This document shows, piece after piece, positions 59,151 through 64,000 of a stretch of DNA of 64,000 nucleotides. The notes below the pieces were generated by a model. That model saw only the letters and a program-made list of their open reading frames with translations. It ran no database searches and was not told the origin of the DNA. Position 1 is the stretch's first letter, and each line of letters starts with the position of its first letter. The translations under genes were made by a program, and so were the position numbers. Source of the DNA: Escherichia coli (GTDB lineage: Bacteria; Pseudomonadota; Gammaproteobacteria; Enterobacterales; Enterobacteriaceae); assembly GCF_013122565.1 (NCBI RefSeq), contig NZ_CP053258.1; one strand, written 5' to 3'.

Positions 59151-59642
59151 TTATCGGTTTTTTATCGGTTTTTTTATCGGTTGTAATAGTGCAGCAAGAG
59201 AGGTTGACGTTTCCCCTGGAATAGTTGGCGTTGAGTCTTTTGCCAGTGCTGTTAAATCCGTGGTGAGATGACCTTCTTTCTCGCGTTTCGTCTGAAATGA
59301 GGCTGTCTGAATCCCTTCTTCATTCTTAACTGATGAACGAGAAAGCCCTCTTTTTTTAATCAAACGGGAATCCTGGAGCTGATGCCCTAAGGCGTCTTCA
59401 GCTGCAAGCTTATTTAAATCCGTTTCCAGGCCCAAAACCTGCATCACAGACAAATATGCCCCTATCGTGACCCCTGCACTTCCTGCCTCCAGAGAACGCA
59501 ATGTGATTGGCGACATCCCTGCACGCTCAGCAACTTGCTTTGCGGTTAGCTTACGTCGTAAACGAGCAAGTTTCAGACGCTCACCAAATTCACTAAGCAT
59601 CTGATTCGTATAAGGGAGTAACGGTGCTGTTTTTTTACCCAT
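59151..59642 (-). CDS. XRE-family HTH protein with long low-complexity C-terminal tail (HipB-like antitoxin candidate)
   Basis: 163 aa; HTH in [39 protein letters not shown]; about 80-aa S/T/K-rich tail ending [10 protein letters not shown]; start may instead be the internal ATG at 59600. Confidence 0.7.
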   Translation of the reverse strand: MGKKTAPLLPYTNQMLSEFGERLKLARLRRKLTAKQVAERAGMSPITLRSLEAGSAGVTIGAYLSVMQVLGLETDLNKLAAEDALGHQLQDSRLIKKRGLSRSSVKNEEGIQTASFQTKREKEGHLTTDLTALAKDSTPTIPGETSTSLAALLQPIKKPIKNR

Positions 59643-59664
59643 AGTGATAATATTTTATCTTTTT

Positions 59665-59681
59665 ATGGCTATGATAGCCAT
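59665..59681. promoter_or_regulatory. 17-bp perfect palindrome ATGGCTATgATAGCCAT upstream of the HTH gene; candidate operator
   Basis: Read directly; flanked by ATAATATT direct repeats; 25-40 bp upstream of the ATG at 59642. Confidence 0.45.
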
Positions 59682-60003
59682 AATATTAGCATTTATTAGA
59701 TTGAACGCACCTGCAAAGCGTTCAGAATTATGGAAGAGATAATATCTTATCTTTTTATATATAAAAACAATAAAATAACAGCACATTAATATATAACTTA
59801 TTGTTTTTATTATCTTACAAGGGAGACACTCGCTGTATTGATGCTTTTGTCGTGTTTTATGTGTAAAAAACATGACACGAACTACCAGCGGCGAGACTGG
59901 GGGCTGGGGGCCTGGTATGGGTACTGCGAACTTTTTATAAAAGGAATAGCAAGAGATTTATGGAGGGAACGTCTATTTCTGCGGTTTTTATCACTTAAAA
60001 GCA

Positions 60004-60030
60004 AAACGCCGACCAATGGTCGGCGTTTTT
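60004..60030 (-). terminator. rplI operon terminator (bidirectional-looking hairpin)
   Basis: AAAACGCCGACC-AAT-GGTCGGCGTTTTT with T/A runs on both sides, just downstream of rplI stop. Confidence 0.7.
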
Positions 60031-60050
60031 ACGTCTCGTTGAATAACGAA

Positions 60051-60512
<462 letters not shown>

Positions 60513-60541
60513 TCAAAGTCGTATTAATGGACCGTGACCGA

Positions 60542-61088
<547 letters not shown>

Positions 61089-61094
61089 CAGAAA

Positions 61095-61508
<414 letters not shown>

Positions 61509-61816
61509 TTATTCAGCCTCCTGTCTGGGTCAGCCGAATCCCGGGGAGGCAAGGAACGTGTTAAAGGTCGGCTGAAAAATGACGCGTTATAGTACTGACA
61601 TACCCCGCTAAACTCAAGGGCAGAGCCGAAATAAATCTCCCCTTTCGCAAATAACCTCTAAACCGCTGATTTGGAGTTCATCACACTTCATCATGGTGTT
61701 TTTTCGAACAACTGCATCAGAAATGGTCACCATCAACTTCTTTATCATTGATTAAAATTAAATCAGAAGATCATCACAGAGGAGAGCACACAAAGTCAGC
61801 CGTCGAGGAGGTATCT

Positions 61817-62092
61817 ATGTTCAGTCGAGTTTTAGCCCTTCTGGCTGTGCTTTTGCTAAGTGCAAATACATGGGCAGCCATTGAAATTAATAACCACCAG
61901 GCTAGAAATATGGACGATGTGCAAAGCTTAGGCGTGATTTATATCAATCATAATTTCGCCACTGAAAGTGAAGCACGTCAGGCATTAAATGAAGAAACAG
62001 ATGCGCAGGGCGCAACGTACTACCACGTAATTCTGATGCGGGAACCGGGGAGTAACGGCAATATGCACGCCAGCGCGGATATTTATCGCTAG
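61817..62092 (+). CDS. yjfY: Small periplasmic DUF1471 protein YjfY
   Basis: 91 aa from ATG at 61817 with signal peptide MFSRVLALLAVLLLSANTWA. Confidence 0.8.
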   Translation: MFSRVLALLAVLLLSANTWAAIEINNHQARNMDDVQSLGVIYINHNFATESEARQALNEETDAQGATYYHVILMREPGSNGNMHASADIYR

Positions 62093-62220
62093 CACCAGGT
62101 ATAACCAACGAAACATTGCCATAGTTTGCTTTGCCCCCTTCGCAGGGGGCTTTTTTTGAAAAACGGCTGCGGAATTAGACCAGTTATCTCCCGAGGAAGG
62201 AAATTTCCGCAGCGCGTGTT

Positions 62221-62907
62221 TTACTTCTGCCCGTAATAAGCGTTAGGACCGTGTTTACGCATGAAGTGTTTATTCATCAGGAAGCTGTCGATGTGATTGA
62301 GTTGTGGGTTAATACTGCGCGCAATCCACGCCATTTTCGCCACTTCTTCCATCACCACCGCGTTATGCACCGCATCGTGGGCATCTTTCCCCCAGGCGAA
62401 CGGTCCGTGCTGATACACCACAATTCCCGGCGTATGCAGCGGCTCGGCGTTGCCCAGCGTTTCGATAATCACTTTGCCAGTGTTCAGTTCATACTCGCCC
62501 TGCACCTCTTCTTCGCTTAACCCGCGCGTACACGGGATGTCGCCAAAGAAGTAGTCGGCGTGCGTGGTGCCTAACGCCGGGATCGCCAGCCCCGCCTGCG
62601 CCCATGCGGTGGCATGAGTGGAGTGGGTATGGACAATGCCGCCAAGCGACGAGTAACGACGGTAGAGTTCAAGATGCGTTGCGATGTCGGAAGACGGACG
62701 ATATTCCCCTTCCACTACCTTGCCGCTCATATCAACTACCACCATATCGTCTGCTTTCATGGTTTCATAGGCGACACCGCTGGGCTTGATCACCACCAGC
62801 CCGCGTTCGCGGTCAATGGCACTAACGTTACCCCAGGTAAAGGTCACCAGCCCATAGCGCGGCAGATCCATGTTGGCTTCAAACACCTGCTGTTTCAGGT
62901 TTTGCAT
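62221..62907 (-). CDS. ulaF: L-ribulose-5-phosphate 4-epimerase
   Basis: 228 aa class II aldolase/epimerase family; start overlaps ulaE stop by 1 nt. Confidence 0.93.
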   Translation of the reverse strand: MQNLKQQVFEANMDLPRYGLVTFTWGNVSAIDRERGLVVIKPSGVAYETMKADDMVVVDMSGKVVEGEYRPSSDIATHLELYRRYSSLGGIVHTHSTHATAWAQAGLAIPALGTTHADYFFGDIPCTRGLSEEEVQGEYELNTGKVIIETLGNAEPLHTPGIVVYQHGPFAWGKDAHDAVHNAVVMEEVAKMAWIARSINPQLNHIDSFLMNKHFMRKHGPNAYYGQK

Positions 62908-63761
62908 TATGCCGCCTCCACCATGCCTGCTTTAACCATGCGCGCTTTCACCCAATCGCGCGCTTTCGCCACTTCTGCCGCCGGGTCTTCCGCCGTTTCG
63001 CTCCACATCTCAATCAGGTACGGCCCGCAATAGCCACTCTGTTTGAGCGTTTCGAAGCAACGTTCGAAATCCACTACGCCTTCACCAAACGGCACGTTTT
63101 TAAAGACGCCCGGTTTAGTGTCTTTCACATGCACCGCAACGATATGCCCGATTCCGGCCTGCAATTCCATCTGCACGTCGTTATCCCACGCCGACAGGTT
63201 GCCAATGTCCGGATAAAGCTGGAACCACGGATTGTTGAGATAGTGCGCGTAGCCCAGCGCCTTGCTGATGGAGTTCATCAACGGGTAATCCATGATCTCC
63301 ATCGCCAGCGTCACCTGCGCGCGGCTTGCCATCTCAACGCTCTCTTTCAGCCCGTCACGGAAACGACGACGCGTTTCGTTATTGGCTTCCTGATAGTAAA
63401 CGTCATAACCCGCCAGTTGGATCACGCGAATGCCGACATCCTGGGCGAACTGGATAGCTTTACGCATAATCTCCAGCCCCTGCGCCCGCACTGCGTCATC
63501 TTCGCTGCCCAGCGGGAAACGACGATGGGCAGAAAGGCACATGGACGGCACACGCACGCCGGTTTCAACAATCGCGTTGACCAGCGCCAGACGCTGCTCG
63601 CGACTCCAGTCGAGGCGCGAAAGGCGCTCGTCCGTTTCATCTACCGACATCTCGACAAAATCGAAACCTAACGTTTTTGCCAGTTGCAGCCGTTCCAGCC
63701 AGCACTCCCCGGCGGGGAGCGCTTTTTCATAGATACCAAGCGGGATTTGTTTGGACAACAT
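62907..63761 (-). CDS. ulaE: L-ribulose-5-phosphate 3-epimerase
   Basis: 284 aa TIM-barrel epimerase, [38 protein letters not shown]... Confidence 0.93.
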   Translation of the reverse strand: MLSKQIPLGIYEKALPAGECWLERLQLAKTLGFDFVEMSVDETDERLSRLDWSREQRLALVNAIVETGVRVPSMCLSAHRRFPLGSEDDAVRAQGLEIMRKAIQFAQDVGIRVIQLAGYDVYYQEANNETRRRFRDGLKESVEMASRAQVTLAMEIMDYPLMNSISKALGYAHYLNNPWFQLYPDIGNLSAWDNDVQMELQAGIGHIVAVHVKDTKPGVFKNVPFGEGVVDFERCFETLKQSGYCGPYLIEMWSETAEDPAAEVAKARDWVKARMVKAGMVEAA

Positions 63762-63770
63762 ATCCGCTCC

Positions 63771-64000
63771 TTAGCCCCACAGTTCGGCGATGGAACGTTT
63801 GAACTGACGTGCGGCTTCCACCGGAGAAGCGGCATCACGGATACTACGGCCCGCGATAAAGACGTGAATCGGAATGCCTTTGAACAGCGGCAGATCTTCC
63901 AGCGCCAGGCCACCAGTGACGGTTACTTTGAAGCCCATATCGGAAAGACGTTTGATCGCGGTAATGTCCGCTTCGCCCCACGCTACGCCTGCGGCCTGTG
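63771..64000 (-). CDS. ulaD: 3-keto-L-gulonate-6-phosphate decarboxylase, C-terminal part (gene continues past window end)
   Basis: Reverse-strand open frame ending ...RSIAELWG* at 63771; position upstream of ulaE. Confidence 0.8.
   Translation of the reverse strand, partial: QAAGVAWGEADITAIKRLSDMGFKVTVTGGLALEDLPLFKGIPIHVFIAGRSIRDAASPVEAARQFKRSIAELWG

Noticed and set aside
49429-59650. Possibility that the ytfB-rplI accessory block is a classical genomic island or prophage remnant
   Set aside because: No integrase, transposase, tRNA attachment site or flanking direct repeats seen; content is metabolic plus a TA module, so it is described as strain-variable accessory content instead

Overview
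The window is an Escherichia coli-type chromosomal segment (the ~95-min region), in reverse orientation relative to the usual K-12 map. Gene order: tabA (partial) - bdcR/bdcA - yjgH - pyrL/pyrB/pyrI - ridA - mgtL/mgtA - treR/treB/treC - nrdD/nrdG - cybC - pmbA - yjgA - mpl - fbp - yjfF/ytfT/ytfR/ytfQ - ppa - chpB/chpS - ytfP - tamB/tamA - msrA - ytfL/K/J/I - cysQ - cpdB - ytfF - ytfE - cycA - fklB - ytfB - rplI/rpsR/priB/rpsF - yjfY - ulaF/ulaE/ulaD (partial). Calls rest on recognising the translated ORFs and characteristic regulatory sequences from memory; no database search or computation was possible, and start codons were checked by hand (several genes use GTG/TTG). Several pieces are not part of the K-12 gene order as I recall it and look strain-variable: (i) a RelB/RelE-family toxin-antitoxin pair between nrdG and cybC; (ii) two paralogous secreted repeat proteins between ytfE and cycA; (iii) a ~10 kb block between ytfB and rplI with a TetR regulator, a six-gene putative CoA-dependent catabolic operon, and a HipA-family kinase with a long-tailed HTH partner; (iv) a truncated ytfH with apparent loss of qorB. 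The most likely candidates for an uncharacterised system are the catabolic operon and the HipA-like module. I found no rRNA, tRNA, CRISPR array, integrase or transposase.
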